From a virus (Duplodnaviria > Caudoviricetes), in the IMG/VR virus record IMGVR_UViG_3300003375_000083, positions 1-33,253 of that record: a DNA stretch of 33,253 nt; one strand, 5' to 3'. The position numbers were made by a program, and so were the translations under genes. Of the stretch, positions 7,120 through 17,400 are shown piece after piece. Positions within the stretch are counted from its first letter, which is position 1. Each line of letters starts with the position of its first letter. The notes beneath the pieces were generated by a model. The model was not told the DNA's origin, searched no databases, and saw nothing but the letters and a program-made list of their open reading frames with translations.

Positions 7120-9266
7120 TGCCGTTACAGAAAGTACAGCTACGTCCAGGTCTTAATAGGGAAGGCACGGATTATAGCAATGAAGGGGGCTACTTTGATG
7201 GAGACCACATCCGATTTCGTTCTGGATTCCCAGAAAAGCTAGGTGGATGGATACGACTTAGTGCATATAGCTTTCTTGGAGTTGCTCGTTCTATTTGGAA
7301 CTGGGCTACGTTAGCAGGCGCTAACTACTTGGGTATTGGTACTAACCTTAAATACTACATTGAAAATGGCGGTCAATACTATGACATTACGCCAATCATT
7401 ACCAATACTACCTATAACAATGTTCTTTCTACTGGATTTACCACTTTAGCATCTACAGTAAATGCCACTGCAAATACGATTACATTAAGTAACGCCGCTC
7501 ACTTTGTTCCGCAAAGCGGTGTAATGCAAATTGATACCGAAGTTATTTTTTACTCTACGCTGGTTTCTAATGTGGCTTCTGGATGTATTCGTGGATATGC
7601 CAATACTACGGCAGCATCTCATAATAGTGGTGCCAATGTTGCTTGTGGATATTTTGAGTTCCATGACCTAGATAATGACTCCAATAACAAAGACTTCTTA
7701 ATTTTCTCTAATGTCTCTGTGTCTGTTGGCGGAATATCAAATGCGGTCATTAACCAAGAGCATCAAGTATTCAAATATGGATCTGGATACAGCTATGCTA
7801 TGTCTAGCACATCAGACAATAACCTAGCTAATATTACCTTTACAACATCTTCCGCAGTTAATGTAGGCGGTATTTTTACTGTTTCTTATGAAGTACCATC
7901 TGGTTTAGATGTATACACAACAGGCACAGGCTGGGGCGCTGGTCCATTTAATCGTGGCACATGGGGTTCAGCATATTCCGCAGGTATTGGCGAGCAATTA
8001 AGGCTTTGGTCTTCAGATAACTTTGGTCAAAACTTAGTATTTGCTCCTCGTGGTGGTGGAATTTATTATTGGGATGCAAGCCTTGGCACATCATATCGTG
8101 GCGTCCCCTTATCATCAGCTGCCAATGCTGCTTCTTATAGTGGACAGTTTGTACCTCAGGCAACCAATCAAGTCATTGCATCAGCTATTCAGCGTTTCGT
8201 TATTGCATTTGGCGCTAATAGCTATGATTCTTCCAATCCTAGTACTACCTTTGATCCAATGTTGGTTCGCTGGTCAGACCAAGAAAATCCATTCCAATGG
8301 GTTCCAGATATTACCAACCAAGCCGGTGAATTTAGTTTAACTAATGGTTCTTACATTATGGCGGCCCGTGCTACCCGCCAAGAGATATTGGTTTGGACAG
8401 ATTCAGCTATCTATTCTATGCAGTATCTTGGGCCTCCTTATGTGTGGGGCTTCCAAATATTGATGGATAACATCTCAGTTATGTCTCCAAACTCCATGAT
8501 TACAATTAACAACGTAACATATTGGATGGGTACGGATAAGTTCTATATGTACTCTGGTCGTGTAGAAACATTGCCTTGCTCACTGCGTCAGTACATTTTT
8601 GCCGACATTAACAAAGATCAGGCTTACCAAGTTACTTGTGGCGGTAATGAAGGATTTAACGAAGTTTGGTGGTTCTATTGCTCTACTAACTCTACAGTGG
8701 TAGATAAGTATGTAATCTACAACTACCTTGATCGTGTATGGTATTACGGCACATTAAACCGTACTGCATGGATAGATTCTGGTATTCGTCAGAATCCTAT
8801 GGGCACATTCATTAATGGCGCAGATAACGTTGGAAACCCAACCGGTACTATTGTTTACCATGAAATTGGTACGGACGATCAGTCTACTGCTACGCCAGCA
8901 CCTATCGTTTCCTATGTACAGTCCTCAGACTTTGACATTGGCGATGGTCATAACTTTGGTTTTGTATGGCGTTTATTACCAGATATTAACTTTAACGGTT
9001 CTACTGCAAACGTTCCAAGCGTAACCATGACTATTCGCCCTCGTCAGAATAGCGGTACTGCTTATCAACAGGCTGATATGCCAGTGGTACAAAGCGCTCA
9101 AAACTATACGATTGCCCCTGAATATACCGTCCAGCAGTTTACTGGTCAGATTTACACTAGATTGCGTGGCCGTCAGTTAGCTATGAGAATTAGCTCTAGC
9201 GATCTTGGCGTAGCATGGCAGATGGGTACACCCCGTATTGATATCAGAAATGACGGTCGCAGATGA
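7119..9266 (+). CDS. Tail nozzle / packaged-DNA stabilisation protein (P22 gp10-like)
   Basis: RFRSGFPEKLGGW start, VRWSDQEN, ILVWTD, FNEVWWFY and RLRGRQ..DGRR end. Size (715 aa) and position before ejection genes fit. Confidence 0.7.
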   Translation: MPLQKVQLRPGLNREGTDYSNEGGYFDGDHIRFRSGFPEKLGGWIRLSAYSFLGVARSIWNWATLAGANYLGIGTNLKYYIENGGQYYDITPIITNTTYNNVLSTGFTTLASTVNATANTITLSNAAHFVPQSGVMQIDTEVIFYSTLVSNVASGCIRGYANTTAASHNSGANVACGYFEFHDLDNDSNNKDFLIFSNVSVSVGGISNAVINQEHQVFKYGSGYSYAMSSTSDNNLANITFTTSSAVNVGGIFTVSYEVPSGLDVYTTGTGWGAGPFNRGTWGSAYSAGIGEQLRLWSSDNFGQNLVFAPRGGGIYYWDASLGTSYRGVPLSSAANAASYSGQFVPQATNQVIASAIQRFVIAFGANSYDSSNPSTTFDPMLVRWSDQENPFQWVPDITNQAGEFSLTNGSYIMAARATRQEILVWTDSAIYSMQYLGPPYVWGFQILMDNISVMSPNSMITINNVTYWMGTDKFYMYSGRVETLPCSLRQYIFADINKDQAYQVTCGGNEGFNEVWWFYCSTNSTVVDKYVIYNYLDRVWYYGTLNRTAWIDSGIRQNPMGTFINGADNVGNPTGTIVYHEIGTDDQSTATPAPIVSYVQSSDFDIGDGHNFGFVWRLLPDINFNGSTANVPSVTMTIRPRQNSGTAYQQADMPVVQSAQNYTIAPEYTVQQFTGQIYTRLRGRQLAMRISSSDLGVAWQMGTPRIDIRNDGRR

Positions 9267-9568
9267 GTACTGGTACCACCAAATCCCCTAACTTACCGAT
9301 TGCTCCAGTTGAGTATGATCAACAGTATCAGGATCAGTTAAACAACGTTTTAAGGCTATATTTCTCTCAGCTAGACAATCCTGGGCCATCGGCTATGTCT
9401 ACCCAGCGGAACGGCACAAAGATCATTTCTGCCCTTAATTTCAGCCAAGCTAACGCTACAGGCGTACAGGTGGTAAGCTTGCCTACCCAGGCTGACCTAT
9501 CTAATTTACGAGTTGGGGACATTTATGTAGATACCGCTAACTCCAATGTTTTGAAAGTAAAGGTTTAA
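9263..9568 (+). CDS. Small tail-associated protein
   Basis: LP.AP.EYD..Y..QL...LRLYF pattern. Coupled to the nozzle gene by an ATGA overlap. Confidence 0.55.
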   Translation: MSTGTTKSPNLPIAPVEYDQQYQDQLNNVLRLYFSQLDNPGPSAMSTQRNGTKIISALNFSQANATGVQVVSLPTQADLSNLRVGDIYVDTANSNVLKVKV

Positions 9569-9578
9569 ATGCTAAACT
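9551..9578 (+). promoter_or_regulatory. Candidate sigma70 promoter upstream of the ejection-protein block
   Basis: TTGAAA (9551-9556), 16-bp spacer ending in TGn, then TAAACT (9573-9578). Precedes one of the few intergenic gaps; AAAGG RBS before ATG 9606. Confidence 0.4.
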
Positions 9579-9605
9579 CTACTAAATCCGTCTTAAAAGG
9601 TCATT

Positions 9606-11234
9606 ATGGCTTTAACTAACCTATTCGCACAGCAGCAGCAGCCACAGGGCGGTATAGATCAACTCGCCCAAAATGCGATGTATCCGCAGTCCCAAATGGA
9701 TAAAACCCAGTATGCGGTGCCTAGCCAAATGCCAACCAGTTCAGAAGTGATCAATTCGGACTATGATCCACAGACAAATCCCTACACAGGAATGCCTGAC
9801 AAACCTTTCAAAAAGGGCGGTATTGCTAGTATTCCTCGCTACAACGGCGAAGAAGATGGCAGCCAAGTACAGTCTTGGGATCCAGCCTCTGGTCAAGTAA
9901 ATTTAGTTAAAACAGATACTACCAATATCAATCAAGATACTGGACAGCCAACTACATCAAATGTAGCTTATACCATTCCAAAAGATAATATTAAGACCTT
10001 TATACCAAATCCTGCAGATGAAAGCGGCATGGCAGGCGGTGGTCAATATATTTTAAATGATGGATCTACCATAACTGTTGGTAGCGATGGCACAGTTCAA
10101 ACGGCGACCCCAAGTAGAAATGACTATACACTTAATTCTCAGGGTTATTATCAGCCTACAGGATCAAGCTTAACTTGGAATGGTGATACAAGTACATTAA
10201 CCAAAAATATTGGTGGTGTTGATGTTCCCGTTCCTGGTCAATATACTAAAGGTGGATACCAAGATGCACAAGGTAATTTGCGTACCGATGCAAATGGCAC
10301 TCCTATTCCCTTAGCCCCAGCTCAATTTGATAGTGGAGCTGGTCAAAGCGGTTTGGGTGATGCTATGCCATATATTACTGCTGCTGCTATGGCTGCTATG
10401 ACTATGGGTGCAAGCCTTCCTGAGTCAGCAGCTACGCTTGGTGCTGAAAATGTGGCTGGGGCTGATATTTTTGGTGGATTAGCTGGAACTGGTGGATCAT
10501 ATGCTGGAATGACTCCTGCAGAACAAGCTGCTGCCGCAGCAGCCGCCGCTGGCGGAACTGGCACTACTGCTGCCGGTACAGGAAGTCTTTTGGGAGATGC
10601 AAGTCTCCAAGAACTGTCACAACAAACTGCAGATGCTGCCGCTCAAGAAGCTGCTCAAACAGCTCCATATAATACCGCCACTGTTCCGTCAGGGATGACT
10701 GCAGCTCAAAAAGCGTTGCTAGTTAAAGAGGGTTTATCAGCTCTTAATTCTGGCATAAGTGCTACCAATACTCCAACCTCTTCTGGCGGTATAGCTTCAG
10801 CACCAGCGGCAACAACCACTCCAACCGTTAATCAGTTTGGCGTCACTGGATATACTGGAGAAACTCCAACTGGACAAACTTCTTTGTATACTCCTACACT
10901 GTCTAGAATTAAAGGCTCCACTGGAGAGCAAGCGTTTGCACAAGGCGGCATTGCTACCCTTGGGGCTTACTCTGATGGCGGCCAGCTATTAAAAGGTCCT
11001 GGAGATGGTATGTCTGATAACATTCCAGCTAAAATAGGACAACACCAGCCAGCTCGCTTGGCTGACGGAGAATTCGTGGTTCCAGCAGATGTAGTTAGCC
11101 ATCTAGGTAATGGCTCAACTGACGCTGGAGCTAAACAGTTGTACGCAATGATGGATCGCATTCGCAAAGCCCGTACTGGCAACAAGAAGCAGGGCAAGCA
11201 AATTAACCCATCTAAGTTTTTACCACAAGGATAA
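9606..11234 (+). CDS. Internal virion/ejection protein
   Basis: Ala/Gly/Thr/Gln-rich with a hydrophobic segment. C-terminal GPGDGMSDNIPA...LADGEFVVPADVV..LGNGS..AGA motif. Confidence 0.65.
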   Translation: MALTNLFAQQQQPQGGIDQLAQNAMYPQSQMDKTQYAVPSQMPTSSEVINSDYDPQTNPYTGMPDKPFKKGGIASIPRYNGEEDGSQVQSWDPASGQVNLVKTDTTNINQDTGQPTTSNVAYTIPKDNIKTFIPNPADESGMAGGGQYILNDGSTITVGSDGTVQTATPSRNDYTLNSQGYYQPTGSSLTWNGDTSTLTKNIGGVDVPVPGQYTKGGYQDAQGNLRTDANGTPIPLAPAQFDSGAGQSGLGDAMPYITAAAMAAMTMGASLPESAATLGAENVAGADIFGGLAGTGGSYAGMTPAEQAAAAAAAAGGTGTTAAGTGSLLGDASLQELSQQTADAAAQEAAQTAPYNTATVPSGMTAAQKALLVKEGLSALNSGISATNTPTSSGGIASAPAATTTPTVNQFGVTGYTGETPTGQTSLYTPTLSRIKGSTGEQAFAQGGIATLGAYSDGGQLLKGPGDGMSDNIPAKIGQHQPARLADGEFVVPADVVSHLGNGSTDAGAKQLYAMMDRIRKARTGNKKQGKQINPSKFLPQG

Positions 11235-11237
11235 ATT

Positions 11238-12359
11238 ATGGGTTCACTCTTTTCACCCCAAGGTATACCGAATACCCCAACATCGCAACAGATATCAAGC
11301 GGTTCAATTCAGCCATGGGCGCAACCCTATGTATTTGGGTACCTAAATAATGCCCAAAACTTAGTTAATAACGCTCAGCCTACTCAGTTTCAGCAACAAG
11401 TTTGGAATACTGCACAAGGCACCGGAACTCCAAGTCAGTTTGGTGCTGGCAGTGATTTAGCAAATCAAGCTGGTCAAGGTCAATTAAGCACTGCTCCACA
11501 AGCATTACAGTATGGACAACAAGGTGCAAACATTGGATCTCAGGGCACGGGCATTGGTGCATTAGGCATGGGATACGGAATGAATGCTGGCGCTAATTAT
11601 GCGCAGCAAGCTACTAACCCGTCGGCGGTTGGTGCTTATATGAACCCATACATCCAGCAATCACTTGCTCCACAGTTACAGTTACTGAATCAACAGCAAC
11701 AATTAGGCGCTCAACAAATTGCTGGACAAGCTACAGGTCAAGGCGCATTTGGCGGTAATCGTGCTACTTTAGCTCAAGGACTAAACAATCAAAACTACGC
11801 ATTGGCTGAGCAACAAGCTATCGGTCAAGGTTACAACACTGCATTCCAACAAGCTCAACAAGCTCAACAGTTTGGTGCTAATCTTGGTTTACAGGGCGCA
11901 ACACAAGGTACTCAACTTGGATTGCAGGGTCTTGGAACCGCATTGCAAGGACAACAGGTTGGTCTCCAAGGAGTTCAAGGCGCCCAACAAGGTTACACTG
12001 GTGCTACTCAAGCTGGTGCTGCATTAGGTAATATTGGCGCACAACAAGGCCAATATCAGTTGGGTTTATTGGGATTACAAAACCAGATTGCAAATCAACA
12101 GTACAACTTACCATTTCAGAATCAACAATACATGCAAGGTATGTTGTCTGGCTTGCCAATTTCTTCTACAACTACCCAAGGTTATCAAGCTGCTCCAAAC
12201 GTTGTATCTCAATTGGCTGGCCTTGGAACTGCAGGTCTTGGCGGTTATGCCTTATACAATGCATTAAGCAGCCCTACAACAGCGGCAGCAGGATATAAAA
12301 AAGGCGGTAAGGTTGGCAGTGACTTAGCTGACATTCAACTTCATAATTTAGTAGGTTAA
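11238..12359 (+). CDS. Gln/Gly-rich DNA-transfer (pilot/ejection) protein
   Basis: YMNPYIQQ and GAFGGNR motifs, Q/G-rich helix, and a C-terminal hydrophobic LAGLGTAGLGGYALY segment. Confidence 0.65.
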   Translation: MGSLFSPQGIPNTPTSQQISSGSIQPWAQPYVFGYLNNAQNLVNNAQPTQFQQQVWNTAQGTGTPSQFGAGSDLANQAGQGQLSTAPQALQYGQQGANIGSQGTGIGALGMGYGMNAGANYAQQATNPSAVGAYMNPYIQQSLAPQLQLLNQQQQLGAQQIAGQATGQGAFGGNRATLAQGLNNQNYALAEQQAIGQGYNTAFQQAQQAQQFGANLGLQGATQGTQLGLQGLGTALQGQQVGLQGVQGAQQGYTGATQAGAALGNIGAQQGQYQLGLLGLQNQIANQQYNLPFQNQQYMQGMLSGLPISSTTTQGYQAAPNVVSQLAGLGTAGLGGYALYNALSSPTTAAAGYKKGGKVGSDLADIQLHNLVG

Positions 12360-12361
12360 GC

Positions 12362-14488
12362 ATGAACATTTCTCAGTTATCAGAGCAACTCAAAGACGTT
12401 CCACAAAACACGCTTATTGGTTACGCAAAGAATCCTAATAGCGTAGTGCCACAGTTTTTGGCGTTAGCTGAGATTCAGCGCCGTCAACAATTGAGCGCAC
12501 AGACTCAACCTCCTCAGTCTACTGTTGCTAATGATGTACTGACACAAGCGACTGCACCACAAGTTGATCCTGCCTTAGTAAGAGCGCAGATGATGCAACG
12601 TGCGCAACAACCACAACCAGAACAGCCTCAAGCAGAACAAATGGCTCAACAACTTCCAGAGAACCAACCTGGCGTTGCTCAGTTACCATCTGGCATGGGT
12701 CAAGGTTTTGCCTCTGGCGGCATTGTAGCTTTTGCTGGCGGTGGTTTAAATGATGATGAAGAAGATGACGATGATCGTGAAATGGCTAGACTTTTTCCAG
12801 AATCTAGCATCAGCCTAGATGACATTATGGCTATTCCAAAAGGAATTGGCGCTGGCATTAAAGACTTAGTAAGCAAGTTGCCACAGTCTTATGAAGCAAC
12901 GAAAGCAGCCCAAGAAACTGCGTCTCCACGTGGATCACATAAGTATGAATCTGCAGTATTAGAAGAGGCTAAACGTCAAGGCGTAGATCCTAACCTTGCA
13001 TTGCATGTTTTGTACAAAGAAACTGGTAATCTAAAAGATCCAGAGAATGCTCGTTCTAAGGCGGGCGCTATTGGGATTATGCAGTTAATGCCTAAAACTG
13101 CTGCTGGTCTAGGTGTAAACCCTATGGATCCTATGGAAAACATCCGTGGCGGCGTTAGCTATCTCAAGCAAATGGCAGACAAATACAAAGACAATCGTAT
13201 TGCCGCTGCTGCTTACAATGCTGGCCCTGGTAACGTGGACAAAGCTCTTAAACGTTCTGGTGGTTTAGATACATTATCAGGTGAAACCCGTAACTATATT
13301 GCTGGTTTAGCACAAGGCGGCGATGTTAAGAGCTATGCTGGAAATGGTCCAGATGGTAGCGATGTACAAGACGATAGCTTAAAAGATAACGAATACTTAA
13401 ATCGTAGTCGTGGTGTTGTAGAAGGCGTTAAAAGTTTAGGATCAAATATCTCTGATGCGCTAACTACGCCAAAAAACTATGACCTATACGACATGTATCA
13501 GCGCAACATTGGCCGTCCATTTGCTGCTGGTGTAGATCGTTTTGTTAATGAGCCTCTTGAATCTCAAGCAGAAAAATTCCGTAGCTATTCAATGACGCCA
13601 AACAAAACACCAACAGTTGGTTTTGATGTCCCTGCTGGTTCTAACACACCAGTTCCTACTGCTCCAGCAACACCATCACCATACGGTTCTAGCGAGGATG
13701 CTCGTTTGCATGCACGTTATCCATCACCTGTTACTAGATCTCCTGCTGCTCCTAGCCAGCAAGATTGGCAAAACTTTGACCAAGCTTCTGCATTGTTCCA
13801 AGCAGAGAACGCAAATAAAACGCCTACACCTGGTGCAGATGAAACATTAAATCGTCCAGATACAGTGTTAGATGAGCTTAAGCAAAGCATTAAAGATCAA
13901 GCTACACAACTTGCTAAACAAGGAAAAATTAATGCTGCATTGTCATTAATGCAAACTGGCTTTGGCATGATGGCATCTAAGTCTCCATATGCTTTAGGTG
14001 GTATTGGCGAAGGCGCACAGTCTGGTATTGGTACATATGCAGCCCTGAACAAACAACAACAAGAAGGTATGAAGGATTTGTTGGCTTCTCGACTTGGCCT
14101 TTACAAGTATGGCGAGTACTCCAAAAATGCAGCAAAAGATTATGCATTAAAAGAAAAAGCATATGCAGATCGCCTTGGTATGTCTCAGGCTGAACTTGAG
14201 TACAAAATTGGAGAAGGCGCCCGTAAAGAGCGTGAATACAACCAAACACATTTGTTAAATGTAGACAAGATTCTTTCTGCAGATATAGATAAAAATAATT
14301 ATGATATGACTCCAGAGCAAAAACGAGCTGCCGTATACGCACATCCGATGTATAGAGATGCAGCTATCAAAGCTGGTATTGATATGTCACAATTGATGGG
14401 TGGCGCTCCAGCGGTAGGTACCGTTAAAGGCGGATACAAATTTAAAGGCGGAAACCCTAACGATCAGAATAACTGGGAAAAAGTTTAA
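12362..14488 (+). CDS. Ejection protein with soluble lytic transglycosylase (SLT) domain
   Basis: GVDPNL..VLYKET (catalytic Glu codon ~13019), AGAIGIMQLMPKTA, AAAAYNAGPGNV and ETRNY, spanning ~12940-13300. Confidence 0.88.
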   Translation: MNISQLSEQLKDVPQNTLIGYAKNPNSVVPQFLALAEIQRRQQLSAQTQPPQSTVANDVLTQATAPQVDPALVRAQMMQRAQQPQPEQPQAEQMAQQLPENQPGVAQLPSGMGQGFASGGIVAFAGGGLNDDEEDDDDREMARLFPESSISLDDIMAIPKGIGAGIKDLVSKLPQSYEATKAAQETASPRGSHKYESAVLEEAKRQGVDPNLALHVLYKETGNLKDPENARSKAGAIGIMQLMPKTAAGLGVNPMDPMENIRGGVSYLKQMADKYKDNRIAAAAYNAGPGNVDKALKRSGGLDTLSGETRNYIAGLAQGGDVKSYAGNGPDGSDVQDDSLKDNEYLNRSRGVVEGVKSLGSNISDALTTPKNYDLYDMYQRNIGRPFAAGVDRFVNEPLESQAEKFRSYSMTPNKTPTVGFDVPAGSNTPVPTAPATPSPYGSSEDARLHARYPSPVTRSPAAPSQQDWQNFDQASALFQAENANKTPTPGADETLNRPDTVLDELKQSIKDQATQLAKQGKINAALSLMQTGFGMMASKSPYALGGIGEGAQSGIGTYAALNKQQQEGMKDLLASRLGLYKYGEYSKNAAKDYALKEKAYADRLGMSQAELEYKIGEGARKEREYNQTHLLNVDKILSADIDKNNYDMTPEQKRAAVYAHPMYRDAAIKAGIDMSQLMGGAPAVGTVKGGYKFKGGNPNDQNNWEKV

Positions 14489-17400
14489 TGGAACTTAAAC
14501 CGTGGGAGGAGTCCTATGGGGCTGCTGAGAAAGCTCCATGGGAAGAAGATTACTTTGGAGCAGCAAAGCCTTCAGAAAAACGTGATACTGGGTTTACTGG
14601 AGCCGCCAAATCAACCATAGAGCGCATGAAGGGCGAAACTGCTCTGACTGCTGGCAAGATTGGCCTGATGGACACAAAAGCTGCAGAAGATTATGCTGCA
14701 CAGCAAGAAGCAAAAGCCCGTCAAATGTTCCAGCCTACACAAGAAGGTTGGACTCAAGCTCCCGTTACCAAGTTTAAAGAACTATTAGGTGGATCATTAC
14801 CATATGTAGCTGCTCCATTGGCTGCTGGTGCTGCTGCCGCATTCCTTCCAGAGGCTGCCGCTATTGGCGGTATTGGTGCCGCTACATTAGCTGGCGTAGG
14901 TGCTGGCACTGCTCAATATGTGGGTACTGGATTATCCCGTCAAATGGAAACTGGCAAAAGCTTAGCTGATACTAGCTTGCTCAATGCCGGAGCTGCTGCG
15001 TTTGGCGAAGCATTGTTAGATCGTGTATCTTTTGGCGCCCTACCTGGAATCAGAAAGATTTTCCAAACGGCTGGTAAAGATATTGGAGAAGACGTCCTTA
15101 AAGAAGTAGCTAAAAAAGGAATCATGTCTTCCGCTGGTGAGTTGGCTTTAGCTGGTGTTAAAGGCGCTACCGTAGAAGGCGCAACTGAAGCGGCACAACA
15201 ATTTTTGGAACGTTTACAGGCAGGGTTATCTCTAACAGATAAGGCTGCTCGTGATGAGTACTTTGATAACTTCATTGGCGGCGCAGTATTGGGCGGTACA
15301 TTAGCAGCCCCTGGTCATGTGACTGAGAAAATGTTTGGCCCTAAAACAACGGCCAGAACAGAACAAGAAGCACCTGCTCCCAAAGCATCCGAGATATTCC
15401 CAACTGCAGAGCCAGTAACATCTGCTGGATTAGAGCCTATTGCTGCTCCCGTTCCTCCTATGCCTATAGAGCGCAAAGAAGCGCCTGCAGCGGTTCCTGA
15501 GCCTGCTCCTATACCAACACCAGCACCTGCTGCTGTAACGCCTCCTGCGCCCCCTGTAGAGCTTCCTGCAGCCCCTCCTGCTCCTACAGTACAACCATTC
15601 CAGCCATCTGAAATGCCTTCTGGCGCAGTGTTGCAAAACCGCAACAGAAACACTCCAGCATCCATTTCGCAGATGAATCAAATTGCTTCAGCTCCAGACT
15701 ATGATCGTGTAAGCTTTTCCAAAGATTTTAATAACGGCGCTCCAGTGGTTAGCGGCGCTATGGATATTTCTCCAGCCCAACTAGGTAAGCAATCTGTAGC
15801 TACAACCATAAATGGACGCAAGATTCCAGTTCAGTATGCCGTTATTGAGGCGCATGAAGTGTTGCCTTCTAACAACGCTGATGGCTCTGTTAATCCAGCC
15901 CATGGCGATACAAACTATCCTGGTATGCAAGCAATTGCTGGTAATGGTCGAGTTGCTGGTTTGCAGGCCGCTTATCAACGTGGCACTGCAGAAGCATATA
16001 AAGCAGAGATGTCTAAGGACGATACCCACGGCATCAACCCAGAAGTCATTAAAGGTATGGCTAATCCTATCTTGGTTAGGGTTATGCCACAAAATGAGAT
16101 TACTCCAGACATTGCAGATATTTCTAATACTGCCAGCAATGCTGAGTTGTCTGCAGTTGAGCAGGCTAAGAATGACGTAAACCGTTTTGACTTTACAGGA
16201 TTAAAGTTCAATGACTCTGGAGATCTAACACCAGACTCAGTGTATGGATTTGTAAAGTCCATGCCAACAACAGAACAGAATAAGTTGATGGATGAGAAGG
16301 GCGCACCTACTCGTCAGGCAGTAGAGCGTTTAGATAACGCTATCTTCCAAAAGGCATATAACAGCGACAACCTGATTAATTTGGTAGCCCAAGCCCAGGA
16401 TCCAGAAGCTAAACTGGTATTAAAGGGATTGCGTGAAGCAGCACCTGTCATGGCCAGATTAGAAGGTACTGAGTTTGATATTCGTCCGCAAATCATTCAG
16501 GCTGCTGAAATGGCAGTCAATGCAAGACGTCAGGGTATACCCTTATCTGAGATGCTGAAGAATGCTGATATGACTTTGGATCCTAATACGGTCAAAGTAA
16601 TGCAAGTATTGGCTGAGAATGCCCGCTCTGGTAAGCGTATTGCAGAACGTCTAAACAAGCTTGGTAATACTGCACTTAACGAAGTAGAGCAGGGTGGCGT
16701 TGACATGTTTGGTGAGCGCCCAGCCCGCACAATGGATCAAGTGTTTGACGAAGGCCTAGCACCAGAACCAGAGTTATTTGAACGTGCAACACCGTTTACT
16801 GACAAGTTTATTGCAGAAGAGAAAGAGCTTGCTAAAAAGTTACGTAAAGCCCTCGATGACATGGGATTACATAACGTTGCTCTGCGCCTAGAAGATACAC
16901 TGCATGAGATCAGGGATGGCAAAGCATCTCCTATTAACGGTTATTATTTCCAAAAGCTGATTAACTTATCTTTATCTGGTTCTAATATGTTTAGAACCAT
17001 GAGCCACGAAGCACTTCATGCTATGCGTGATCTTGGATTCTTTTCAGATGCCGATTGGAAGTTGCTAACAGACAAAGCTAAGTCTACTTGGATGAAGAAG
17101 TACAACATTGCTGAAGACTACGCCGATAAGAGCAAAGAGATCCAGTACGAAGAAGCTATTGCTAAAGCATTTGCAGACCATCAAACCTTAGCTCCCAAAG
17201 AGAAATCGATTATGGCTAAGGCTATCAATATTCTTAAGCGTATTGGTAACGTACTGCGTGGCGCTGGATATAGAACTGCTCATGACGTATTTACTGAAGC
17301 AGCCGCTGGTAAGTTTACAGAAACTAAGGCACCGTCTGCAGCAATGGTAAATGAATATGCAAGCAAATCCGCAGTATTAACACCAGAAAGATTAAAAAGC

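Noticed and set aside
14940-16922. Series of antisense ORFs under the giant gene (also 21774..22184, 28790..29125, 30512..30862)
   Set aside because: Typical antisense shadows of codon-biased genes; no recognisable motifs.
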